64,000 nt of DNA from Gemmatimonadaceae bacterium (lineage in GTDB: Bacteria > Gemmatimonadota > Gemmatimonadetes > Gemmatimonadales > Gemmatimonadaceae), in the NCBI GenBank assembly GCA_051859245.1, contig JBHYGA010000005.1:480001-544000 (forward strand), in the 5' to 3' direction. Numbering within the stretch: position 1 is the stretch's first letter; each line of letters opens with the position of its first letter. A model generated the notes under the pieces. That model was not told where the DNA came from, made no database searches, and was given only the letters and a program-made list of their open reading frames with translations. A program made the translations under genes and the position numbers. This document shows positions 54,533 to 64,000 of this stretch, piece by piece.

Positions 54533-55470
54533 GCGACGGAGCTCCAGTCGAGGATCATCTTGACGCAGTTGGGATCGGTGAAAGCGGTGGTGTAAGCCAA
54601 CTCGGCCTGTTCCGCTTTGTGCGTGTGCGTAATCAGCCCATCAAGGTTCAGCTGACCACTATTCGTTAACTCGGCGACCGCTGCGAGATCACCGGGTGCC
54701 CACTGCGCGGCAACAGCCAGTGTTGCTTCGCGCAAAAATGCGGGCGGAAATACAAAACTCACGGGCTCGTGATAAAAACCGGCGAGCACAATCGTGCCGC
54801 CTGGCTTGAGTCGCGAAATGAGTGTGTCGAGCAAACCATTCGCGCCGCTCACTTCCTGAATGCACTGATAACTCGTGCCCAGATCTTCGTCAGGATGCAC
54901 CACGCGATATCCTTCCGCGCCCGTGCTGCGAATGGGATTCACTTCCCACACGGTTGGTGCCGCGCCGCCGAGTACGAGTGTGAGTCGCGCAATGAGTCGG
55001 CCGAGTGCACCGTGTCCAACGATTAGATCAGGCAGCGCACGTTTGCCAACACCAAGTGCGTGATACGCTGTTGCAGCGAGCGCGAGCAACACACCGCGTT
55101 CCTGCACGGAGTCAGCGAGTGGTACGGTGCGTGCACCGGGCACCACAACGCGTGCGGCTTGTCCACCAAAGAGTCCGCGTGCGCCTTCAAATCCTTTGGA
55201 GCCGGCAATGAATACCTGCCGCCCAACGGTGCGCCCGGAGGTTGGACCGGCGTGCACGATTTCGCCCACGGCCTCGTAGCCCGGCACGAGCGGGTAGCCG
55301 AGCCCGGGGAAGGGTGGCATTTGCCCAGTATATAGAAGGCGCTCGGTGCCGGTGCTGATACCGGACCACCGGATCGCGACTATGACATCCTCGTCGGCGG
55401 GCGAGACGAGCGACAATCGGCGCAGCGAGAGAGTCTCAGGCTGCTCGAACACTACGGCCAGCGTGTCCAC
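54529..55470 (-). CDS. bchC: Bacteriochlorophyllide dehydrogenase
   Basis: WSGISTGTERLL..G.MPPFPG.GYPLVPGYE. Confidence 0.95.
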   Translation of the reverse strand: MDTLAVVFEQPETLSLRRLSLVSPADEDVIVAIRWSGISTGTERLLYTGQMPPFPGLGYPLVPGYEAVGEIVHAGPTSGRTVGRQVFIAGSKGFEGARGLFGGQAARVVVPGARTVPLADSVQERGVLLALAATAYHALGVGKRALPDLIVGHGALGRLIARLTLVLGGAAPTVWEVNPIRSTGAEGYRVVHPDEDLGTSYQCIQEVSGANGLLDTLISRLKPGGTIVLAGFYHEPVSFVFPPAFLREATLAVAAQWAPGDLAAVAELTNSGQLNLDGLITHTHKAEQAELAYTTAFTDPNCVKMILDWSSVA

Positions 55471-55522
55471 TGAACCTCATGGAGCGATCGGAAGGACTAC
55501 GTCCCTGGGGGGACAGACAAAG

Positions 55523-55540
55523 TGTAAACTGAACGTGACA
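55523..55540. promoter_or_regulatory. PpsR/CrtJ box in the bchC promoter
   Basis: TGT-AAACTGAACGTG-ACA; TTGACA on the minus strand at 55549-55554. Confidence 0.8.
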
Positions 55541-55599
55541 CCTTGCCCTGTCAACAAATGCCGATGATCCCGTTCGGAAAGGCTCCGAACGGGGGCCAA

Positions 55600-56841
55600 T
55601 CAGGCTTCGGCCACGATCAGGCCGGTCTGAATCGGGTAGCGCGTGGCGATGGACTTGGAGCGCCGGAAGCCGGCTGCGGCGATCATGGCGTGCAGCTCTT
55701 CCGGCCGCCGCGCGCGCCCTTTCCCCATTGCCATCAGGTAGAAATTGAAGTACGCGTCACCCACCGGCTCGGCGCCGCGCACACCGGCCATGGCCTCGGC
55801 CACCAGCAGCGTGCCACCCTTGGGCAGCGCGGCGTGCACCTTGCGCAGCAGGCGGTTCACTGAGGCGTCGTCGTGGTCCAGCAGCACGCGCACGAGCGAG
55901 CAGACACTCGCGCCCGTGGGCAGTGCGTCTGCATGAAAATTGCCGCCCACGCTACTGAACCGATTGGCCAGACCGGCCTTGGCCATGCGCGACTGTGCTC
56001 GGCTGGTCACGGCCGGCAGGTCGAACAGCACGAGCTTGAGGTTGTTGTGCCTGAGGCCGGCGTGCGTGAGGAACACGCCTTCGCCGCCGCCCACGTCGAG
56101 CAGACACTCGTGCTTGGACAGGTCATAGGCGTCGAGCACATCGCTGGCCAGCGGGGGCAGCGTCTCGGCCATCATTTGTGAGTACGAGGCCACGCGGGCG
56201 TCGTCGATGGCCTGCGGGCGGGGCGCGTCGGCGTAGGGCCAGTAGCGCGAAAGTTCGGTGCGGAAGTCGCTGCCTGCTCTCAGCAGGCTCACCGGGTCGG
56301 CCAGGTCGCCGTAGGCCATGGCGTGGTGACGAATCAGGGCCACGAGCCCCGCATTGCCGGCCATGGGAGCGCCCAGGGGGCCCAGGGCCACGCGTCCGCC
56401 GCGTCGTGTGGCGAGCAGCTTGAGCGACGTGGCGGCGCGGACAAGCGTTTCAGTGGCAGCGGCCGGCAGACCCGTGTGTTTGGCGATCTGGTCTTTCGTG
56501 AGCGGGCCCTTCGCGAGCAGGTCGAAGAGGCCGAGTTCCACACAGGCGTACAGCGTTTGTGTGTAGACGAAGCCGGCCATCAGGTCGAACAGGGCTCGGC
56601 TTCTTCTTAGGGCGACTGGCCGCGTAAGCGGGAAGCGCGCGGCCCAGCTCTGGAAGCCTTCCGTGGCCACGAACGCGTTCCACCGGTCGCGCCATCGCTC
56701 CCAGAAGGGGGCGGTATAGGCGGACGGTAGCGGGAGCGCGTGCGAGGGGGCGGTCGGGGTCGCGAGCGCCGGTGCTGCGCTCGTTGAGGCGACGGTGACG
56801 CCGGGCATGGCCTCGGCGAGCGAACGGTCGGGGGGCGTCAT
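55600..56841 (-). CDS. crtF: Hydroxyneurosporene O-methyltransferase
   Basis: FQ.WAARFPLTR, LFDL.AGFVY, LDVGGGEG; position upstream of bchCXYZ; start uncertain. Confidence 0.9.
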   Translation of the reverse strand: MTPPDRSLAEAMPGVTVASTSAAPALATPTAPSHALPLPSAYTAPFWERWRDRWNAFVATEGFQSWAARFPLTRPVALRRSRALFDLMAGFVYTQTLYACVELGLFDLLAKGPLTKDQIAKHTGLPAAATETLVRAATSLKLLATRRGGRVALGPLGAPMAGNAGLVALIRHHAMAYGDLADPVSLLRAGSDFRTELSRYWPYADAPRPQAIDDARVASYSQMMAETLPPLASDVLDAYDLSKHECLLDVGGGEGVFLTHAGLRHNNLKLVLFDLPAVTSRAQSRMAKAGLANRFSSVGGNFHADALPTGASVCSLVRVLLDHDDASVNRLLRKVHAALPKGGTLLVAEAMAGVRGAEPVGDAYFNFYLMAMGKGRARRPEELHAMIAAAGFRRSKSIATRYPIQTGLIVAEA

Positions 56842-56968
56842 CGGGGACACCCGCAAATGGGGCGAGCTGGCAAACTTGGCGCGTGGGGAGCCCAGGTAGG
56901 TTGGCGCGCTGGATGCGCGATCTTGTACCGTGGCGTACAAAGGCGACGATAGTGCGCGCCTCAGAAAG

Positions 56969-57011
56969 TGTCAAGCGAAGTGTACACTTGCGGTGTAAGG
57001 GCTTAATTACC
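56969..57011. promoter_or_regulatory. Tandem PpsR boxes in the divergent crtF/bchI promoter
   Basis: TGT-N12-ACA at 56969-56986 and TGT-N12-ACC at 56994-57011, 7 bp apart. Confidence 0.8.
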
Positions 57012-57016
57012 GCCCC

Positions 57017-58051
57017 ATGCGCCATGTCTATCCGTTTAGTGCAATTGTGGGTCAGGACGAGATGAAGCTCGCCCTGCTGTTGACCGCCGTGGACCCGTCC
57101 ATTGGCGGGGTCATGGTTTTTGGCGACCGAGGCACCGGCAAGAGTACGGCGGTGCGCGGTCTCGCCGGCCTGCTGCCCTCCATGACCGTGGTCGCGGGGT
57201 GTCGCTACGGCTGCGCGCTGCCGAGCGATTCGTCGGGGTGTGGGTACTGCGAGCGCGGGCATGCACACGGCGAAAAGATTCGTTCGGCGAAAGCGCCGGT
57301 GCCGGTTGTTGATTTGCCACTTGGTGCCACGGAAGATCGTGTGGTTGGTGCGCTCGATCTTGAACGTGCGCTCACCACGGGTGAAAAAGCGTTTGAGCCG
57401 GGACTGCTCGCGCGTGCGCATCGCGGGTTTTTGTACGTGGACGAAGTGAACTTGCTGGAAGATCATCTTGTGGATTTGCTGCTCGATGCGGCGGCCACTG
57501 GTGAGAATGTGGTGGAGCGCGAAGGTGTGAGTGTGCGACATCCGGCGCGGTTTGTCTTGGTTGGCTCCGGTAATCCGGAAGAAGGTGAACTACGCCCGCA
57601 GTTGCTGGATCGATTTGGATTGGCGGTGGACGTGAAGACGCCGCGTGAGATTCCGCTGCGTATTGAAGTGATCAAACGACGTGATGCGTTTGATCGGGAC
57701 GCAGATGCGTTTGTGGCGCATTGGGAGAAGGCCGAGAAGGCGGTGCGCAAGCGGATTGTGAAGGGGCAGGAGCGGTTGGAGAATACGACGGTGCCCGACG
57801 CGGTGCTCGTGCGTGCAACGGTGCTGTGTTCAAAGCTTGGTACTGACGGGCTGCGCGGTGAACTCACGTTGTTGCGCACGGTGCGTGCGTACGCGGCGCT
57901 TGAAGGGCACAGTCAGGCGACGCTTGAGGATTTGCGCAAGATTGCGCCGCTGTGTCTAAGGCATCGGTTACGGCGCAATGTGCTGGATGAAGCGAGCAGC
58001 AGCACTCGTGTGGAGCGGGCGCTGGATGAACTGTATGCCGCCGCTGAGTGA
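57017..58051 (+). CDS. bchI: Magnesium chelatase subunit I
   Basis: YPFSAIVGQ, GDRGTGKST, SGNPEEGELRPQLLDRFG. Confidence 0.97.
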   Translation: MRHVYPFSAIVGQDEMKLALLLTAVDPSIGGVMVFGDRGTGKSTAVRGLAGLLPSMTVVAGCRYGCALPSDSSGCGYCERGHAHGEKIRSAKAPVPVVDLPLGATEDRVVGALDLERALTTGEKAFEPGLLARAHRGFLYVDEVNLLEDHLVDLLLDAAATGENVVEREGVSVRHPARFVLVGSGNPEEGELRPQLLDRFGLAVDVKTPREIPLRIEVIKRRDAFDRDADAFVAHWEKAEKAVRKRIVKGQERLENTTVPDAVLVRATVLCSKLGTDGLRGELTLLRTVRAYAALEGHSQATLEDLRKIAPLCLRHRLRRNVLDEASSSTRVERALDELYAAAE

Positions 58052-58131
58052 TTGCGTTCCTGTCATGAATCGCTTGCCTTTTTCGCTCGCGTGATGAACA
58101 CCGCGACTCTCTCGCATCTCGTGTTCGCACG

Positions 58132-59976
58132 ATGAACGGCGCTGTTGCCGCTGCACCGTCGCGTGTCCGCGCGTGGAATGACGCCGAGTTGGCCGCGGCG
58201 TTGCTCGCGATTGATACGGGCGGGCTGGGTGGTGTGGTGCTTGATCATGCGTCGCACGAAGCCGCGCGCGAGTGGAACTTGTTGCTGGGTGCATGTTTGC
58301 CCGAAGGCGCACCAATGCGACGTGTGCCTGGCAGCGTAACGGACGACCGCTTGCTCGGCGGTGTAGATCTCGCGGCTACGCTCTCGACCGGACGGCTGGT
58401 GGTAGAGCAGGGTGTGCTCGCTGCGAGCAACGGTGGCGCGGTGGTATTACCCATGGCCGAGCGTGCTTCGGCGTCAGTGCTTGCCGCGCTTGTTGGTGTG
58501 CTGGATACACACACCGTGCGCGTTGAACGCGAGGGCATTGCCGCTGAGCATGCGGCGCGAATTGCGCTGGTGTGTTACGACGAAAGTTCAGATGACGAGA
58601 GCATCGCGCGTGCACTCACGGACCGACTCGCATTTCGCGTGACGGGCATGCAGCGGTTCAGCATTAGCGATGAAGCGCGCGAGTTGTTGGTGCGCGCGGT
58701 GCGTGATGCGCGTGAAACGCTGCATCGCGTAGAAGACGGCGCGACGTGGATTAATGCGCTCTGCGAACTGGCCGAAGCGTACGGTGTGGATTCCATGCGT
58801 GCGCCGATTTTTGCATGGCGAGCCGCGCGGGCACATGCCGCGCTGCACGGACGCGATGTGGTTACGGAGGACGATGCCACGGCCGCAGCGCGATTGGTGT
58901 TATTGCCGCGTGCTACGCGTATGCCTGCGCCGCCGCCGGAGCCCAGTGCCGAGCCGGAACAGGAGCCAGAGCCCGCGCCCGACAGTACGCCGCAGGAGGC
59001 GCAGGAGCAGACCCCACCGCCGCCGTCCGACTCGTCGCGCGATGACGAGACACCGCCGCCAGAATCGTCTCAGGAAGAAACGTCTGAAGACACACGCCCA
59101 CCCGTCGACATTCTGCGCGACGCCGTGACCGCATCATTGCCAGCGGGCGTGCTCGAACAGTTGCTCGCGCGCACCGCCGCCATGCGTGGTGTGCAGGGAC
59201 GGGTTGGTGAAGAAACCGTGAGCCTGCTACGCGGACGTCCGCGCGGCGCCAGGCACGGCATGCCACGTGGTGGTGCGCGATTGCACCTGCTCGAAACACT
59301 GCGCACCGCCGCTCCCTGGCAACGTGTGCGTGGCCGCACGGAACGCAGTGAACGGGTGCAACTGCGCAAAGACGATTTCCGCGTGCGCCGGTTTGTCGAA
59401 CGCACGGGCACCACAGTAATCTTCGTGGTGGATGCCAGTGGCTCGTCGGCGCTGGCGCGGTTGTCTGAAGCAAAGGGCGCGATCGAAATGTTGCTGGCCG
59501 AAAGTTATGCTCGGCGCGATCGGGTAAGCTTGATTGCGTTTCGCGGGAACGTGGCAGAAACGTTGCTGCCTCCCACGCGGGCACTCGCTCGTGCACGGCG
59601 TGTGCTGGCAGCCATGCCGGGTGGTGGTGGTACACCACTCGCGACCGCGATTGATACCAGCGTTGGCGCCGCACTTTCCGCGCAGCGCGCCGGTTCGTCA
59701 CCACTGGTGGTGTTCCTCACCGACGGTCGCGCCAACATTGCACGTGACGGTACACCGGGCCGACCCAAAGCCGGAGAAGACGCACTCGCCAGCGCCCGCA
59801 TGTTTGCGCAGCAGCGATTGAGTGCACTGTTCGTGGATACATCACTCAGACCAGATGCCACCACGCGTGCCATCGCCGACGCCATGCACGCGCGTTACGT
59901 CCTACTGCCGTCAGCCAACGGTGATGCACTGCGCGGTCTCGTGCGCGCGGTGCAGCAGCAAGCGGGTGACGCGTGA
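58132..59976 (+). CDS. bchD: Magnesium chelatase subunit D
   Basis: AAA-like N-terminus, Pro/Glu linker, VDASGS vWA domain. Confidence 0.95.
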   Translation: MNGAVAAAPSRVRAWNDAELAAALLAIDTGGLGGVVLDHASHEAAREWNLLLGACLPEGAPMRRVPGSVTDDRLLGGVDLAATLSTGRLVVEQGVLAASNGGAVVLPMAERASASVLAALVGVLDTHTVRVEREGIAAEHAARIALVCYDESSDDESIARALTDRLAFRVTGMQRFSISDEARELLVRAVRDARETLHRVEDGATWINALCELAEAYGVDSMRAPIFAWRAARAHAALHGRDVVTEDDATAAARLVLLPRATRMPAPPPEPSAEPEQEPEPAPDSTPQEAQEQTPPPPSDSSRDDETPPPESSQEETSEDTRPPVDILRDAVTASLPAGVLEQLLARTAAMRGVQGRVGEETVSLLRGRPRGARHGMPRGGARLHLLETLRTAAPWQRVRGRTERSERVQLRKDDFRVRRFVERTGTTVIFVVDASGSSALARLSEAKGAIEMLLAESYARRDRVSLIAFRGNVAETLLPPTRALARARRVLAAMPGGGGTPLATAIDTSVGAALSAQRAGSSPLVVFLTDGRANIARDGTPGRPKAGEDALASARMFAQQRLSALFVDTSLRPDATTRAIADAMHARYVLLPSANGDALRGLVRAVQQQAGDA

Positions 59977-60875
59977 GCGACGCGGCCACCGTGCACACCG
60001 AACCGCTCGGCAGCGTGGACATCACGCCGCCGCGCTCCACGCGCCGCTCCTTCCTTGATCGCTGGCTGCCGCGCGGAACCGCGGCGCAAGTGATCTCTGT
60101 TCGTGAGACACCGGTGCGCGTGTTCGTGCGCTCGGTAACGTTCGTGGTGCTCTACTGGTGGCTGGCCACCGGCGCGATCTTCGCGCTCGAACGCAGCCCG
60201 GCCACCCGTGGTGGTGGACTGCTTCTCGCCCTGGTACTCGGCGCGATCGGCATCGTGCTGCTCGTGCGCGCACGTGATGACGCGTCACCAGTAGGCGCGC
60301 GCCGCTCATTCCTCGGCGGCGCATTCTTGTGGAGCCTGGTGCAGGTGTCGTTCTACGGCGGCTGGCTCGTTGGCCCGGTTGGACTCGCGCAGCATGTGCC
60401 CGTACAACAGCCGTCACTCGCCTTTGCAACACAAGCAGTGATCAGCATGCTGTGGTACCAACTCGCCATGCTCGCCACGCTCTGGCTGGCGTTCGCGATT
60501 ACGTGGGACCGCATCAATCGCACGGGCTGGTGGGCGCTGTCCGTGTTCTATACCACGCATCAACTTGCGTGCATCAGCATTTTCCTAGGTGTCGCAAACC
60601 CGGGGCGCGGATTTTTTCCGCAGCATCTGGTGTTTCTCGAATCGTACTTTGGGCCGGCACAGAACTCGCTGTTCCTGATTCTGTCGATTGTTGTGTTGCT
60701 CGCGCTCACGTTGACGCTCGCGATCAAGGCGCTGCGGAGCACGATGCCCATGCGGCGGCAGGGGCTCACGCTGCTCACGGTGCTGGGCACGCTCGGGGTG
60801 CTGGAGTTGCTGGTGCTGGGGCTCGCTGTGGAGCTGAATCTTTGGGATAGGTTCCTGGAGTTCCGCGGGTACTGA
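59973..60875 (+). CDS. puhE: Photosynthetic complex assembly protein PuhE (DUF3623)
   Basis: WW.ATG, multiple TM helices, FLGV.N....F.P.HL.FL.SYF, LE...L. Confidence 0.8.
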   Translation: MSDAATVHTEPLGSVDITPPRSTRRSFLDRWLPRGTAAQVISVRETPVRVFVRSVTFVVLYWWLATGAIFALERSPATRGGGLLLALVLGAIGIVLLVRARDDASPVGARRSFLGGAFLWSLVQVSFYGGWLVGPVGLAQHVPVQQPSLAFATQAVISMLWYQLAMLATLWLAFAITWDRINRTGWWALSVFYTTHQLACISIFLGVANPGRGFFPQHLVFLESYFGPAQNSLFLILSIVVLLALTLTLAIKALRSTMPMRRQGLTLLTVLGTLGVLELLVLGLAVELNLWDRFLEFRGY

Positions 60876-60932
60876 GGTTGGTGCGATTGCAGTTCTCCGC
60901 GGGATGGTGCGTGGGTGGAATCGATACTGCCT

Positions 60933-61075
60933 GACCGCAGAGACGCAGAGTCGCAGAGACTGCATGTTGCGACGTGCAGCGACGCGTGATGCGAACATCA
61001 TCAATTGTTTTTTTGATTTGCTGCGACGCTGCTCAAACCAGCATGCAGTCTCCGCGCCTCTGCGTCTCTGCGGTC
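60933..61075. repeat. 34-bp inverted-repeat pair (REP/MITE-like) between convergent genes
   Basis: 60933-60966 versus 61042-61075 are 32/34 complementary; built from CGCAGAG units. Confidence 0.8.
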
Positions 61076-61182
61076 CATGCAGTTCCGAGGCCGGCCGGCG
61101 CACTTGACTCGCGGACCCGGTAACGGCCTCCGAAGTAAATGCAGTTTCCGTTCGCCGACCCAAAGCGCACCAGCGCAATCGA

Positions 61183-62433
61183 TCACTCGTGCCGGAGCGC
61201 CTCAATCGGATCCAGCCCCGCCGCTCTCCGTGCCGGCACCATCCCGAAAACAATGCCGATCCCAACGGACACCGCCACCGCGATGGCCGTCAACGAAAAC
61301 GGCACACCCGTATCCACATCAAGCAGCGTCGTGAGCAACCACCCGGTTGCGAGCCCGAGCAGAATGCCAATGAGCCCACCAATCCCCGTGAGCGTGGCCG
61401 CTTCCACGAGAAACTGTTCGAGGATGTCACGCCGCGTGGCCCCGACGGCTTTGCGCAATCCGATCTCACGCGTGCGACTGGTAACCGACACCATCATGAT
61501 CGCCATCACACCAATGCCGCCCACCATGAGTGCCACACCGGACAACACAATCATCACCAGAAAAAACACGCCGGTAATGTTGTTGAACGTGTCGAGAATC
61601 TGATCCTGCGTGACCAGATCAAACGTGCTCGGATTCGCCGGCCGCAGCCCACGACTCGCACGCAACTCCACCGTCACCGCCTCCTGCGCATCGGCCACCG
61701 TTACCGATTCGCGCGGCTTCACCGGAATCCAGAGCGCGTTGTTCTTGTCAATGCGAAACGAGCGTTCGAGATAGCGGAACGGTACAATCGCACCCGTTTC
61801 CTGACCCGGCGGCGCAAAGATATTGCCCGGCTCCTCCCACACACCGATCACTTGCACGGGGCGTCCGCCAATACGAACCCATTTGCCAATCGGCTGGATT
61901 TCACCGAACACGCGGTCTTTCACGTTCGCCTGCAACACGACAACTGGCGCACCACTCATGCTTTCGTTGCGTGTGAACCAGCGTCCCTCAACGAGTTCGC
62001 CGCCCTGAATAATCGGAAACCCTTCATCGGCGCCAAACACTGCCACACCTTGCGTGCGTGAACCTTCGTACTCAACACGCGCCAGCGTCTGCCCCCAGAG
62101 CGACGCATACTGCACTTCACTCAGGCGGCGAATTCGCTCGGCATCGTCTTCGGTGAGATCGGGGCGCACACGCACATACTCGGGCGGATTCTCCGGATTG
62201 ATAGGCGTCTGCGAAAAAATCTTGAGCACGTAAAACGTGCTCGGCCCGGCCACCTCAATCGTGTTCACAATCTGATCACGAATGCCTTGCACGATGGACG
62301 CCATCGTCATCACCGTGGCGACACCAATCACCACACCGAGAATGGTGAGCGCGGACCGCATGCGCGCGCCGAGGATCGCGGAGAACGCGATGCCGATGTT
62401 GTGCCGCAGTGAGCGCGGATGCCAGGAGGCCAC
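61183..62433 (-). CDS. MacB/FtsX-family ABC permease
   Basis: RS.LTILGV.IG, VGGIGVM.IM.VSV..RTREIG.RKA.GA, DPIEALRHE. Confidence 0.93.
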   Translation of the reverse strand: MASWHPRSLRHNIGIAFSAILGARMRSALTILGVVIGVATVMTMASIVQGIRDQIVNTIEVAGPSTFYVLKIFSQTPINPENPPEYVRVRPDLTEDDAERIRRLSEVQYASLWGQTLARVEYEGSRTQGVAVFGADEGFPIIQGGELVEGRWFTRNESMSGAPVVVLQANVKDRVFGEIQPIGKWVRIGGRPVQVIGVWEEPGNIFAPPGQETGAIVPFRYLERSFRIDKNNALWIPVKPRESVTVADAQEAVTVELRASRGLRPANPSTFDLVTQDQILDTFNNITGVFFLVMIVLSGVALMVGGIGVMAIMMVSVTSRTREIGLRKAVGATRRDILEQFLVEAATLTGIGGLIGILLGLATGWLLTTLLDVDTGVPFSLTAIAVAVSVGIGIVFGMVPARRAAGLDPIEALRHE

Positions 62434-62435
62434 CG

Positions 62436-63680
62436 CTACTCCGCTTTCATGGCGCGAATGGGATCCAGCTTCGCGGCGCGTGCGGCTGGGTACACACCAA
62501 ACAACACACCAACCCCCGCGCCGAGCGACAGTGCGAGCGCAACAGACCACCACGTGACACGCGCTGGCAGTGGCGACACCGTGGCAATGATCCACGCGAG
62601 TGACCAGCCACCCAGCACACCGAGCAATCCACCAGCAACGGCGAGCATCACCGACTCGGCCAGGAACTGTTTGCGCACATCACCGGCGGTTGCACCGAGC
62701 GCCTTGCGAATGCCGATTTCGTGCGTGCGTTCACTCACCGACATCAGCATGATGTTCATGATCACGATACCGCCAACCACAATGCCAATACCCACCACAG
62801 CGGGCACAACGGCAAACAGCACAGACGTGAGCTGCTTCCAGAAGCTCACTAGCGCGTCGGAGGTGCTGAGCGAAAAATTGTTTGCCTCGCTGGGGCGGAG
62901 CTGCCGCGCCAGACGCATCGCTTCTTCGGCGCGTTGCATGGCCGGTCCGACTTCTTCAGCCGTGGCGAGCTTCACCGAAATCGTGGTCGCGTTTCGCCGT
63001 CCCCAGATCGCTTCGAAGGTGGTGATCGGCATGAGGACAAAGCCGTCGAATGACTGACCGAGTACCTGTCCTTTCGCCGACGTGACACCCACCACTTCGA
63101 AGGGACGCCCGCGAATGCGCACTTCCTGCCCGATGGGATCGAGTTCCTCGAACAGCTTCTCCGCGATATCACGCCCGATCACCACCACCGGACGGCGCTC
63201 ACGAATATCGAGCTCCTGCAACGGACGTCCGCGCTCAAATCGGTAGTCCTGTACCACCTGGAAATCGGGCGTTACACCAAACATGAGCGCACTGCCCAGT
63301 GTGCGACTGCGCCACTGCACATCGGCCACCGGGGTGGGATATCCGCTCTGCAGCGAGATCGCCATCGCATCGGGCAGCGCTTCGCGAACGGCCGCTGCGT
63401 CTGTTTCAGAAATGCGCGGAAAGCGCGCTGTACGGCGCAGCTCTTCGTCGTCGAACAAACCGAGGGAGATCGGCGACTTGCGCACTTGAAACGCGTTCAT
63501 GCCGATCATGGCGTCGGCAATGTTCTCCTTCACGTACGCGTTCATGCCCTGAATGATCGCCACGACCGCGACCAGAAACCCCACGGAGACGATGATGCCG
63601 AGCAGCGTGAAGAACGACCGCAGCAGGTTGGCGCGGAGCTGTCCAAACGCAAACCGCACGACATCATCGGGGCGCATCAT
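62436..63680 (-). CDS. MacB/FtsX-family ABC permease
   Basis: RSFFTLLGII, GGIVIMNIML.SV.ERT.EIGIRKALGA. Confidence 0.93.
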   Translation of the reverse strand: MMRPDDVVRFAFGQLRANLLRSFFTLLGIIVSVGFLVAVVAIIQGMNAYVKENIADAMIGMNAFQVRKSPISLGLFDDEELRRTARFPRISETDAAAVREALPDAMAISLQSGYPTPVADVQWRSRTLGSALMFGVTPDFQVVQDYRFERGRPLQELDIRERRPVVVIGRDIAEKLFEELDPIGQEVRIRGRPFEVVGVTSAKGQVLGQSFDGFVLMPITTFEAIWGRRNATTISVKLATAEEVGPAMQRAEEAMRLARQLRPSEANNFSLSTSDALVSFWKQLTSVLFAVVPAVVGIGIVVGGIVIMNIMLMSVSERTHEIGIRKALGATAGDVRKQFLAESVMLAVAGGLLGVLGGWSLAWIIATVSPLPARVTWWSVALALSLGAGVGVLFGVYPAARAAKLDPIRAMKAE

Positions 63681-63735
63681 ACTTTGAAATTTAGCGAGTT
63701 CGCGGGCGATCGGTGGAGCCGCCGCGGCGCCAGTT

Positions 63736-63830
63736 GGTACGCCGCGTTATTCGTGCCGCAACACCCGTGGGTACGCCGCGTTATTCGTGCCGCAACACCC
63801 GTGGGTACGCCGCGTTATTCGTGCCGCAAC
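63736..63830. repeat. 34-bp tandem repeat, about 2.8 copies
   Basis: GGTACGCCGCGTTATTCGTGCCGCAACACCCGTG starting at 63736, 63770 and 63804. Confidence 0.9.
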
Positions 63831-64000
63831 GCCTCAACCGGATCAAGCTTGGACGCCTTGAGCGCCGGCAGCATACCAAACGCGATGCCTGTGAGCGCAC
63901 TCGCGCCCAGCGCCACAAACACGGCACTCAGCGGCAACTGCGCCGGCAACGACGACACCGACCGGATCAGCCACGTCAGGCCGGCACCAATCAGGAGCCC
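63815..64000 (-). CDS. 3' end of a third ABC permease
   Basis: Hand translation ...TGIAFGMLPALKASKLDPVEALRHE*. Confidence 0.85.
   Translation of the reverse strand, partial: GLLIGAGLTWLIRSVSSLPAQLPLSAVFVALGASALTGIAFGMLPALKASKLDPVEALRHE

Noticed and set aside
63736..63830. CRISPR array
   Set aside because: Units are contiguous and identical with no unique spacers; no cas genes in the window

Overview
GC-rich bacterial window, most consistent with a phototrophic member of Gemmatimonadota (inferred from gene content and style, not from a marker gene). It has three zones. (1) About 0.4-12.3 kb is a decaying patchwork of toxin-antitoxin, Uma2 and lipoprotein genes; several toxins are reduced to fragments while their antitoxins are intact. 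(2) About 12.5-50 kb is a defence island: an HNH nuclease, McrBC, a type I R-M operon with a HEPN-like/NB-ARC gene between hsdS and hsdR, a hypothetical-PLD-helicase triad, a CbbX-type AAA, a PafB-PafC-like double-WYL regulator with matching TGTCAG-N10-TA promoter boxes, and integron-type cassettes with no integrase in view. One cassette of about 5.9 kb carries SLATT, Dam methylase, metallophosphoesterase, ORC/CDC6-like ATPase and a Rossmann/CARF-like gene; it is the best candidate for an undescribed system. (3) About 50.4-64 kb holds a detached photosynthesis sub-cluster (bchZYXC-crtF / bchID-puhE, with PpsR boxes) followed by ABC permeases. All family calls come from motif recognition by eye; no database searches were run.
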